A stretch of 46,857 bases of DNA from an uncultured Nitrososphaerales archaeon. GTDB taxonomy: Archaea > Thermoproteota > Nitrososphaeria > Conexivisphaerales > UBA164. Location of the stretch: NCBI GenBank assembly GCA_964342655.1, contig CAYFFZ010000002.1, forward strand, positions 1 to 46,857, given 5' to 3'. Shown piece by piece: positions 35,055 to 43,781 of the stretch (position 1 is its first letter; each line of letters begins with the position of its first letter). The translations under genes were made by a program, and so were the position numbers. The notes under the pieces were generated by a model. The model had not been told where the DNA came from. It saw only the letters and a program-made list of their open reading frames with translations, and searched no databases.

Positions 35055-35897
35055 CTATCTGAAAAAGAAACTCGCACCCAAAAATACCAGCGCAAGGCCT
35101 ACCAGGCTAAAACTAGTAAAGCTCCCGAGCAAAACCGAAGCTATTGCGATGAAAACTGAATCCAAGTTAGTTAATACGTTAATTAAGTTCATTAATCTGA
35201 ACCTATCTCCCATTAAAATGCTAATGTTGTATGAAGCAAGCTCTAGGTACAACCCAAAACTCACGCATAAGGCTGCTAGAACATCAACGGCAAAGCTACC
35301 TAAAGTAAATTTTAAACCTGTTAAAATTGCTAAGGGTAAAAATATAACATTTTCAAACAAAACTATCCAGAAAGTTTCCAATGTTTCTAACCCATTTGAT
35401 GAAGAATAGGCCGTAAGGTATGATGAAATTCCATAAAACGAAGCTATGAGCAGACCAAGCCCGAGATCAAAAAAATTGATTTTAGAATAACCGTTAAACT
35501 GAGAAATCGCCATTCCAACAACTATCATAAAAATAGCTACGGAAAGCCTTACTGCCTCTTTTCCTTTGGGTTTGTTTCTTTTTATTGAGATTATAAAGAA
35601 GATTAATATTGAAGAAGGGACAAACACGTAGGCCGATGAAAGATAACTAAACTTTATGATATTAAAGAGAAGATAGTTAGCTGAAGCGAAAAGCAATCCA
35701 GATATTACCCATTCTTTTTTGGGTAAAACAAACTTTTTAATTAAAAAAGGAAAACTTATCACGGAAGAAATAAAATAAATAAAAAGGCCTATTGTGGCGG
35801 GGTTTGCCCCTAGTCTAAGAGATATTGTAACTAAAGTACCCCAGAAACCATAAAGTAGAGCGCTAAAAAATGAAAATACGATTACCTTTGTATTCAT
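35055..35897 (-). CDS. DMT-superfamily (EamA-like) permease
   Basis: 280 aa with about 10 TM segments in two similar halves. It overlaps the upstream gene by 4 nt. Confidence 0.6.
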   Translation of the reverse strand: MNTKVIVFSFFSALLYGFWGTLVTISLRLGANPATIGLFIYFISSVISFPFLIKKFVLPKKEWVISGLLFASANYLLFNIIKFSYLSSAYVFVPSSILIFFIISIKRNKPKGKEAVRLSVAIFMIVVGMAISQFNGYSKINFFDLGLGLLIASFYGISSYLTAYSSSNGLETLETFWIVLFENVIFLPLAILTGLKFTLGSFAVDVLAALCVSFGLYLELASYNISILMGDRFRLMNLINVLTNLDSVFIAIASVLLGSFTSFSLVGLALVFLGASFFFR

Positions 35898-37159
35898 TTC
35901 CTTTTCAGGACTTTTGGAAATAATAACAAAGTTAAAAAGATAAAGACAACAGTGCTAAATACAAGCAATAAAGCTATAAAAAACGGGCCTTCGCTTGCAT
36001 AGAAAGTAATAAGATATATTAGAGCTAAAGACGCAAATCCCATTGCAGCAAGGATGTACGTAAAAAGCACATTCCATCTTTCTATTTCAAGTTCATGGCT
36101 CATTTCTATAGACGCCGCCATGAGATCCATTTTTTCATCAAAAATTCGTTTTAAATCGATTATTCCCATCTCCTTTTCACCTATAAGCAGAGCTCTTTTG
36201 ACCCCTTTATAAATAACGGACGATATAACATAATAGAAGTCTAACATATCAGTAATATCTGCCTTTAACTTAGCCATTTCATGTTTGCTCTTGTCTCCCA
36301 GCTTGATTTTCATTTCATAAACCGATAATAGAAGATGCTGAAGCCGGAGCGGTTCTATTTCGGCTAGGTAATCTATAAAAATAGCCAGATACGGAGTTAC
36401 ATCCTTTACGCTTAGTTTGCACTGCTCAAACTCAGAACTTATCTTATCGAAAAATTCGGATAAGTTTAGGTTAGTTATGGCAAGAAACTTTTCCAACGGA
36501 TCTTTATGAAATATAACTACCATGTTCTCAACGGAGTAATAAAGAGAAACGCCATCAACCATCGAAGCATTTTTAGTTATAACTTCTTTTACAATTTCTG
36601 GACTTGCATCAGAATATCCAGGATCCAGTTCCACTAATCCATATATTTCATTTTCATTTAAATTTTCTTTTTCAGATAAAAAGATAGCCGTATAGTGCTC
36701 AGAATAGATCGTTTTTAGTTTTAAGTTTTTTATAAATGAACTTATAAAACTTTCAATATTAATCCCTTCTATTTCCCATAGATTTTTGATCTGGATTTCA
36801 ATCAGGTTATTTATTGTTAGAGCTTTGGGGTTTAACTTAATAATCACTATAATCGAATATGCATTTTCTGGAAAACCTGTGAAGAAAACATAAGCATCTC
36901 CATAAAGACCGTTAGATCTGTCCTCGGCTTTTAGCTTACCTATAAACCCTATAAGATCAGGCATTTCTACATAAGGCTTTCCAAAATTTATGTTAAGAGA
37001 GTGGAGAAACGCAAGTAACTCTGGAGTTGCTAAACATTCTTTTTTAGTCTTATAAGCTTCAAAGAATTTTAAATAATCTTGAGAAGGTTTGTTCACGGCT
37101 TCAAAAGTGTAGAAATAACCTACTGCTAAAAGCTCATGGTAAGCCATTAATCCTGTCAC
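35894..37159 (-). CDS. Unknown protein with CorA-like topology (large soluble N-domain, long helices and two C-terminal TM helices)
   Basis: 417-421 aa. No GMN motif is present (the loop is ASEGP). Start at GTG 37159 or ATG 37147, and both overlap the GNAT gene end. Confidence 0.55.
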   Translation of the reverse strand: MTGLMAYHELLAVGYFYTFEAVNKPSQDYLKFFEAYKTKKECLATPELLAFLHSLNINFGKPYVEMPDLIGFIGKLKAEDRSNGLYGDAYVFFTGFPENAYSIIVIIKLNPKALTINNLIEIQIKNLWEIEGINIESFISSFIKNLKLKTIYSEHYTAIFLSEKENLNENEIYGLVELDPGYSDASPEIVKEVITKNASMVDGVSLYYSVENMVVIFHKDPLEKFLAITNLNLSEFFDKISSEFEQCKLSVKDVTPYLAIFIDYLAEIEPLRLQHLLLSVYEMKIKLGDKSKHEMAKLKADITDMLDFYYVISSVIYKGVKRALLIGEKEMGIIDLKRIFDEKMDLMAASIEMSHELEIERWNVLFTYILAAMGFASLALIYLITFYASEGPFFIALLLVFSTVVFIFLTLLLFPKVLKRK

Positions 37160-37625
37160 CCTTCATCATAATATAAGAAATCTTCCTATATCCAAGCTTT
37201 TCATAAAGCCTTATAGCGTTTTGATTTTCTATATTTACGTCCAGCTTTATAGCTACGCATCCCTTTTGTTTTGCAAAATTTTCCACCGCTTTTATGAGTG
37301 TCGTTCCGATTCCTAAGTTTCTATACTCTTTCTTAACAACCAGATCCCAGAAATCAGCAACATCGCCTTCTGTTACCGCTATAGCATAACCAGCAAGCGT
37401 TCCATCAATCCTTGCGGCAAATACTGCTGCATTTTCTGAATTTATAAGCTCTTTTAACTGTCGCTCCAAAATATCGCCCGCTTTTTCACTGACATTTTTG
37501 ATATCAAGGGCTATGTTCATTTCTATTTCTATATCTGTTATATAATTTTCAAGAAGGGCTTCAAGCATCATGAGCTTGGCTTCCTCTATCTCTTCAGGCT
37601 TTAGTCTGGATATTTCAAGCTTCAC
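37134..37625 (-). CDS. GNAT-family N-acetyltransferase
   Basis: VKKEYRNLGIGTTLI (motif A, R/Q-x-x-G-x-G/A) and YEKLGY motif B. GTG start. Confidence 0.85.
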   Translation of the reverse strand: MKLEISRLKPEEIEEAKLMMLEALLENYITDIEIEMNIALDIKNVSEKAGDILERQLKELINSENAAVFAARIDGTLAGYAIAVTEGDVADFWDLVVKKEYRNLGIGTTLIKAVENFAKQKGCVAIKLDVNIENQNAIRLYEKLGYRKISYIMMKGDRINGLP

Positions 37626-37726
37626 AGATAAAACAATCGTTTGTTAAAAATATAAAGCTATTTGTGCAAAAACAAAAGATCAAACACAGTTAACAACAGA
37701 TTTAGCGAGTAATTTTTCAAGTATTT

Positions 37727-38383
37727 TTATTTGGTTTTTTCTTTTTTAAGCATTGCATCCAAAAAAGAAAGAAGCTCTGTTCTTTTTTCCAAATCAAGTA
37801 TACGCCTGAACCGTTCAAGTTCATCGGGTAGCACGTTCGCTTTAGAAGTGAGCTCCCAGTAAACCTTTTCTGGATCTTTGTCCAAATTTGCTTCAATTAT
37901 CTGTCTTATCGTCTCGTAAAGTTCCCACGGGTAAATTATCCAAGCATCAGTTACCATAGCGTAAAAATCAGGAATGAACTGCGAAGACGGCTTTAAATGA
38001 AGAGTTGCCGTCTTGACATCTATCGCTCCTTTTTTAAAACATTCTTCCTTGGAAACCTTAAGGCTTATACCTTGATCTGCAACGTCATCTATGAGCAGAA
38101 CCTTTTTTCCTTTTATAACTCTGCTGTTTAGGTACTTTACCTTTATTGAAGCTGTTCTGTTAACTCCTATATAACGCTCAACGGCTATAACTAAGTAAGG
38201 GATCTTGACGTCTCCAGCAATAAAAAAGTCTTGCAGAGATCTAAGTACAAATAATCCTCCTCTGCCGATGCCAACGTTAACATCAGGCAGATATCCAGAA
38301 CTTCTTATTTTTAAGTAAAGTGAGAAAGCGAGATTTCTTAGCTCTTCATAACTTGGCTTTACATAATGCAAATCAATCACCAC
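37727..38383 (-). CDS. Type I purine phosphoribosyltransferase with a C-terminal helical extension
   Basis: PRPP-binding motif VLLIDDVADQGISL. It overlaps the purB end by 11 nt. Confidence 0.8.
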   Translation of the reverse strand: MVIDLHYVKPSYEELRNLAFSLYLKIRSSGYLPDVNVGIGRGGLFVLRSLQDFFIAGDVKIPYLVIAVERYIGVNRTASIKVKYLNSRVIKGKKVLLIDDVADQGISLKVSKEECFKKGAIDVKTATLHLKPSSQFIPDFYAMVTDAWIIYPWELYETIRQIIEANLDKDPEKVYWELTSKANVLPDELERFRRILDLEKRTELLSFLDAMLKKEKTK

Positions 38384-39716
38384 CCAGCTCTTTTAGCATC
38401 TTTCCAGCGCTTTCTTTGATCTCTTTTGAAATTTCCAGCGCTAACCTTTCCGAAAGCCCTTTATAAGAAGATGGTTTGAGTGAGCTGAACTTTTCTCTTA
38501 TACCGGAAGGCAATCCTAAAGCGAGCTCATTTATGTTTTCTAGGTTTTCAAATACCCTTTCATACGCTTTAAGGTCTCCAGCCATTTTGAACGCTATCTG
38601 AAGCGGTTCTGAAAGAGTTTCATAGTGTGCATCTACATCTTCTCCTACAAATTCAAAAGAATCAAGGGCTCTTAAAATTCTCCTGCACGCTAGATAAGAA
38701 TGCGCCATGGCAACTCCAAGATTTCTCCTGACGGTGCTATCAGAAAGGTCTCTCTGAAGCCTTGAAGATAAGGGCTCGTATATGAGAGCATTCAGTAAAG
38801 AGTTAGATATTTCGCATTGCCCTTCAGCGTCTTCAAGGTCAACTGGGTTTACCTTATGAGGCATCGTAGAGCTTCCTACGCCTTTTCTCTTAAAACGGAT
38901 TATTCCGAGAGAGTTGTAAAGCCATAGGTCCTGTGCCATTTCTTTCATTATTGAATTGACTATGGCTATTTCCTGTAAAATTCTGGCAGCATTATCCCAC
39001 AATGGGTTCTGTTTTGTAATTTTAGGAGGTTCAAGTCCGATCATTTTTATAAACTCCTGCGAAAATTTTATCCAGTCAACGCTATCATTTAAAAAATAAA
39101 ACGAATTGAAAGAACCCACGGCTCCGCTTAGTTTTCCGTAAGGTTTTATCGACGAGATTCTTTCGGAAACTTCTAGAACCCTCTGCCCAAAATAAGAAAG
39201 CTCCTTTCCAAACGTAGTAGGAACAGCGGGTACACCATGGGTTCTACCGACAATAACTTTGTTGGCTGTAGATTCTGAAACGTCTGATATCTTTAATGCA
39301 AGCATTAGGTAACACTTTAGAAGTTTTATTTTGCCTTTCTCGAGCATCAATCCATAGGCATTCGCATTAACGTCTTCGCTTGTAAGCGCCAAATGCACGA
39401 TGGGCGCTAGTTTTTCAAAACCGAGCGATAAAAGGTGTTTTCTAAGAAAAAGCTCGGTTGCCTTTACATCGTGTCCAGTTTGTTTTTCCGTGATCTTTAT
39501 TTCTTCATACCAACCATCTTTAAGGCTTTTTAATACGATTTCAGGGTTATAATCATGACACCCCTCATTTATTATGCCTTTTTCGCAAAGCGTTTTTAAG
39601 TAATAGGCTTCTACATAAAGCCTATAATAGAAAAGTGATCTTTCAGAAAAGATCTGACCGAGATCTTTTGCTTCATCATAATAACGGTCATCCAGAGGAG
39701 AAACGGCATCAATCAA
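38373..39716 (-). CDS. purB: Adenylosuccinate lyase
   Basis: SPLDDRY N-terminus, and GSSTMPHKVNP signature of the fumarase/ASL family. Confidence 0.92.
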   Translation of the reverse strand: MIDAVSPLDDRYYDEAKDLGQIFSERSLFYYRLYVEAYYLKTLCEKGIINEGCHDYNPEIVLKSLKDGWYEEIKITEKQTGHDVKATELFLRKHLLSLGFEKLAPIVHLALTSEDVNANAYGLMLEKGKIKLLKCYLMLALKISDVSESTANKVIVGRTHGVPAVPTTFGKELSYFGQRVLEVSERISSIKPYGKLSGAVGSFNSFYFLNDSVDWIKFSQEFIKMIGLEPPKITKQNPLWDNAARILQEIAIVNSIMKEMAQDLWLYNSLGIIRFKRKGVGSSTMPHKVNPVDLEDAEGQCEISNSLLNALIYEPLSSRLQRDLSDSTVRRNLGVAMAHSYLACRRILRALDSFEFVGEDVDAHYETLSEPLQIAFKMAGDLKAYERVFENLENINELALGLPSGIREKFSSLKPSSYKGLSERLALEISKEIKESAGKMLKELGGD

Positions 39717-40947
39717 CTTTAACAGTCATCCCCCTTTCTGCGCCAAGTGACACATAAGAAACTTTGATTCTAAGATTTTTCTCTATAAAATCTACATAGC
39801 TTTTCATCTGAGCAGGAGCTGAAATCCAGCCATTCTTTGTTATATAAGATATATCATCGGTTCCAAGCTTCGGTATGGGTTCTAGAGATTGATAAACAGG
39901 CTGTGCCCTTTCGAGGACTTCAGGGGATGGAAATCTCTCTGTTTCTTTGCCATCTATTGCATACGATACAGCGACCTTAAGCTCGTTCAGACCTGAAAGC
40001 ACATCGAGCTTAGTTATAAAGGCTTCGTCCACGCCATTTATTTCTTTAGCATATTTTAATGCAGGCAGGTCTAACCAGCCTATCCTCCTAGGTCTTCCAG
40101 TGGTAGCGCCATATTCTTTCCCGTTTTCTCTGACAGTTTTAGCCAAGCTCTCGGGCATTTCGCTAGGCATCGGGCCTTTGCCGACTCTTGTAGTGTAAGC
40201 TTTTAGTACGCCGATAACCTTTCCGGCATACTTAAACGGGATTCCAGATGACACGAACGCATAAGCCGACGTAGTGTTTGAGGAAGTAACATAGGGATAA
40301 GTCCCGTATATAGGGTCAAGTAAAGTCCCCTGTGCTGATTCAAAAAGAATTTGTTCTCCGTTTTCAAGAGATCTTAGAAGTTCTTCTCTAACGTCAAAAG
40401 CATAGCCGCTCAATGTTTTCTTAGCTTTTTTAACCCAAGTGTTAAAGTCAAAATCTATGTTATAGAGCTTTTTGTAAATCGAGGCATCAAAGTTGCCTAA
40501 AAGCACGTCAGAAACTCTCGGTGAAATCCTTAACGCTTTTGAAGAATATGCTGGTCCTATACCTCGCAAAGTCGTTCCTATTGATAAAGCGCCCTTTAGA
40601 TCTTCAATCTTTTTATCAAGCTCTACTTCTGCAGGGGTTATAAGTGAAGTCCTGAGGTCTATCTTTAAATCAAATTCTGATACAACTTTTTTAAGAGATT
40701 CTATCTCTTCGTTTAAAATCTCAGGATTGATCAGCATACCCGGCGCTATTAAAAGCTTTTTTCTCATGAACGCCCCTGATGGAATATGATGAAATGTAAA
40801 AGACCGTCCATCTGCTATAACTGTATGCCCCGCATTTGGTCCTCCATTAAACCTAACTATAGCCGTGTAAAGGGGTGCGATATAATCCACAGCTTTACCT
40901 TTTCCTTCGTCTCCCCATTGCATACCTACAATTATATCTGCTCTCAC
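39709..40947 (-). CDS. purA: Adenylosuccinate synthetase
   Basis: GMQWGDEGKGK P-loop, GPNAGH, and GTTLRGIGPAY motifs. Confidence 0.95.
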   Translation of the reverse strand: MRADIIVGMQWGDEGKGKAVDYIAPLYTAIVRFNGGPNAGHTVIADGRSFTFHHIPSGAFMRKKLLIAPGMLINPEILNEEIESLKKVVSEFDLKIDLRTSLITPAEVELDKKIEDLKGALSIGTTLRGIGPAYSSKALRISPRVSDVLLGNFDASIYKKLYNIDFDFNTWVKKAKKTLSGYAFDVREELLRSLENGEQILFESAQGTLLDPIYGTYPYVTSSNTTSAYAFVSSGIPFKYAGKVIGVLKAYTTRVGKGPMPSEMPESLAKTVRENGKEYGATTGRPRRIGWLDLPALKYAKEINGVDEAFITKLDVLSGLNELKVAVSYAIDGKETERFPSPEVLERAQPVYQSLEPIPKLGTDDISYITKNGWISAPAQMKSYVDFIEKNLRIKVSYVSLGAERGMTVKVD

Positions 40948-41016
40948 AAATAAGAAAGAAAGTTTTTACTATTAAACTTTTCTAGTCAAAGCCTTGAAAA
41001 GATTTTATGGTAAAGA

Positions 41017-41036
41017 GGTTCTATCAGAATAGAACC
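41017..41036. promoter_or_regulatory. 20-nt palindrome GGTTCTAT-CAGA-ATAGAACC in the divergent purA / HExxH-gene promoter region
   Basis: Perfect 8-nt arms with a 4-nt spacer. It lies 70-89 nt upstream of the purA start and 90-109 nt upstream of ATG 41126. Confidence 0.4.
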
Positions 41037-41125
41037 CTTATATTTGAGTACTATTAAAACTCTATCTATTTTATTTATAAAAAATTTAGGGAAACTTAAA
41101 TTAGATAAGGTTTTGTAAGCGTTTT

Positions 41126-41605
41126 ATGCAACAGGAAGAAAAATTAAAAAATAATTTGAGTTTTGGCGATGTTTTTGAATTAGTAAAAAGGGTTGTTGAA
41201 AAACACTTAGGACTTCACAGGGCTGGTTTAACGCTGCTTCTAGAAAACATGCCGACATATATAGGAGCATACTATCCAGAAGGGTCTAACTACATTGTGC
41301 TCAACAAAGCTTTAGTCACGAAACTCAGAGAGCTTAAGATAAGCGATCTCGAGTACAACTCCTTTATTTTTACAATATTGATGCATGAATACCTGCATTC
41401 TCTAGGTTTTTATGATGAGAAAAAAGTAAGAATCTTGGTTGTTGAAATATCAAAGAAAGAATTTGGCGAAAATAGCATGCCATATAATCACGCCATTTCA
41501 AACTGGTTAGAAAAGTACCCAGAGCTTAACTTTCCAGTAGTTACAGAAAAATCTTTCGAAGTTGTGAAAGATTTTGATTTTGAAAGTCACCCATATCTAA
41601 GGTAA
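41126..41605 (+). CDS. Small putative zinc metallopeptidase (HExxHxxGxxD motif)
   Basis: 159 aa with ILMHEYLHSLGFYDE. No TM segment or signal peptide. Confidence 0.5.
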   Translation: MQQEEKLKNNLSFGDVFELVKRVVEKHLGLHRAGLTLLLENMPTYIGAYYPEGSNYIVLNKALVTKLRELKISDLEYNSFIFTILMHEYLHSLGFYDEKKVRILVVEISKKEFGENSMPYNHAISNWLEKYPELNFPVVTEKSFEVVKDFDFESHPYLR

Positions 41606-41713
41606 AGTCCTTTAATGATTTAGCTCTAACATTACATCTGTTTTAAAGCCGTTTCTAACATTTTGTTATATCTCGGATAAAAAAGTTTTTTAATCGTCTA
41701 GAGAATTTTTTAT

Positions 41714-42493
41714 GTGCCTATAGTAATAAAACCAAGGGTTATATTGTTACAAAGCTGGGGGAGCGAGAAGTTTATAGCGTCTATGAGCGACGTAATATAC
41801 AGAGCTTATAATGTTGAAGAGGCTTTAAAAAGAACCGATTTAAATCCAGGGCTTGTTTCTAAAAGGATAAACGGTTTCTTAAAAGATGGGCACTATAGCG
41901 TGCTTGAATTTATGGGGGCAAACTGGCTTATAGAGGGCAGCAGAGCATTGACGCATGAGCTTATAAGACATAGAATAGCGAGTTACTGGCAGGAAAGTCA
42001 AAGATACGTAGATTATATAAAGGGACAGCTCAGGTACGTTTTGCCGTTAGAAAGTTATTCTTTTAGCGAATATCTTGATCAAGCGTCAAAGGTTTATTCT
42101 GAATCACGAAAAATCATGAGCCCTGAAGATTCACGATACTTTTTACCAAACGCCATGGCAAGCCGTATATGGATCCAGATGAACGCTAGGGAGTTTTACA
42201 CAAATTTTCTTCCACTTAGAACAGGTCTTGGCGCATTTCACGAAATAAGGTTGATAGCATGGCTAATGTATGATTCTCTCATAAACACGTTTCCTTTAAC
42301 CTCAGAATGGGTCTGGGAAAACCTTGTAAAGCTTCATCCGGATTACTGCAGGGATGCTGAAAAATTTAAGCAAATTTACGGTTCAGAGGATTGCAGGTTT
42401 CTAAGCATATCAGACGCTTTTAAAAAATGGGGCATTGAAATTCCTGAAAAACTTAAAACCTTTGTTGAAAGACTAAAAATGCTTAAAAGCTAA
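41714..42493 (+). CDS. thyX: Flavin-dependent thymidylate synthase ThyX
   Basis: ThyX signature RHRIASYWQESQRY (RHRxxSxxxxSxR). GTG start, because the nearby out-of-frame ATG stops after 3 codons. Confidence 0.9.
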   Translation: MPIVIKPRVILLQSWGSEKFIASMSDVIYRAYNVEEALKRTDLNPGLVSKRINGFLKDGHYSVLEFMGANWLIEGSRALTHELIRHRIASYWQESQRYVDYIKGQLRYVLPLESYSFSEYLDQASKVYSESRKIMSPEDSRYFLPNAMASRIWIQMNAREFYTNFLPLRTGLGAFHEIRLIAWLMYDSLINTFPLTSEWVWENLVKLHPDYCRDAEKFKQIYGSEDCRFLSISDAFKKWGIEIPEKLKTFVERLKMLKS

Positions 42494-42545
42494 AGCTTAA
42501 ACGTTTCACGTAAATAGTATTTATAACGGCTTTAACCAATATGCT

Positions 42546-42983
42546 TTGTTGAGGCTATGGAGTCTACACCCATCATTTCTTGATAGAAAAGGAATTTTAG
42601 GTGTCTGGAGGGAGGGGCTTCTAGCGCAGAAAGTTTTGCTTGGAAGGACAAAAGGATACATTAACCACCCGCAGCTGACGAGGTTCAGAAACACGGAAGA
42701 TCCAGTACTTTATATTGGCACTTACCTTTATTTCATTTATATAGAAGGTACAAGTAGAGGGTACAGCTTTGATATTAAAAAGATTATAAAATATGATACA
42801 AATTTAAAGGGGATCAAACTAACTACAGGGCAACTTTATTTTGAGTATCAGCACTTACTTAAAAAACTGGAAAAGAGGGATCCTCAAAAATTTAATGAAG
42901 ACATCAAAAGAAAACCAGAACCCCATCCTATTTTTAAGCTCGTAGAAGGAGGTATAGAACCTTGGGAAAAAAGCGCCGATTAG
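42546..42983 (+). CDS. Pyrimidine-dimer DNA glycosylase family protein (DenV/Pyr_excise-like)
   Basis: (M)LRLWSLHPSFLDRKGILGVWREGLLAQKVLLGRTKGYINHPQLTRF matches the conserved N-terminus of this family. TTG start. Confidence 0.75.
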   Translation: MLRLWSLHPSFLDRKGILGVWREGLLAQKVLLGRTKGYINHPQLTRFRNTEDPVLYIGTYLYFIYIEGTSRGYSFDIKKIIKYDTNLKGIKLTTGQLYFEYQHLLKKLEKRDPQKFNEDIKRKPEPHPIFKLVEGGIEPWEKSAD

Positions 42984-43031
42984 TTCAGAAATCCCTATAA
43001 GCTGGGTTTTTCATAATTTCTGTGGGTTTAA

Positions 43032-43691
43032 TTGGGAAAGGTTAACATAATAGATCATCCTCTTGCTCAAGCCTTGTTAACTAAACTGAGAGATAAAAGC
43101 ACAGACCAGATAGAGTTCAGAAAAGGACTAGTTGAACTGGGTAGAATTATAGGTTACGAAATAGTTAGATCAATGGACGTTCAGAAAAAAGAAGTAGAAA
43201 CACCTTTAGGGGTCAAAGCAAGAGGTGTGACAATTCCTGATCTAGAGCACGTAGTTATAGTTCAGATTTTGAGAGCCGCAATGCCGATGGCGGAAGGTTT
43301 AGTCAAGATATTCGAGAGAGCTAGAATGGGAGTTATAAGCGCTCGAAGGTTGGAAAACACTCATAAAAAGGGGTCACTGAGTTTTGACATTGAAAGCACA
43401 TACGTTAGGGTTCCCAAAATATTTTCAGACGACGTGCTAATAATAGCTGACCCTATGCTGGCAACAGGTTCTACAATTGTTACTGTTTTAAGGAGCATAT
43501 CATCCAAAGGAAAACCTAAAAGAAAGATAGTTGCTTCTATAATTGCAACTGAATTCGGTATAAAACGAGTATTAAAAGAAGATGATAACTCAGAAGTATA
43601 TACTGTAGCTATAGATCCAGAGGTAAACGAAGATGGTTATATAGTCCCTGGGCTAGGAGACGCAGGAGATAGAGCGTTTGGAGGTCCATGA
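43032..43691 (+). CDS. upp: Uracil phosphoribosyltransferase
   Basis: HPLAQALLTKLRD, IIADPMLATGST PRPP motif, and YIVPGLGDAGDRAFG C-terminus. Confidence 0.9.
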   Translation: MGKVNIIDHPLAQALLTKLRDKSTDQIEFRKGLVELGRIIGYEIVRSMDVQKKEVETPLGVKARGVTIPDLEHVVIVQILRAAMPMAEGLVKIFERARMGVISARRLENTHKKGSLSFDIESTYVRVPKIFSDDVLIIADPMLATGSTIVTVLRSISSKGKPKRKIVASIIATEFGIKRVLKEDDNSEVYTVAIDPEVNEDGYIVPGLGDAGDRAFGGP

Positions 43692-43781
43692 GAACCTATT
43701 TTGGAAAACTGAACTGTTAGGCATCAAACTGCTAGTTTTAAAGCTTTAAAGTTTATATCGATTAAGGCTTTAAAATATGTC

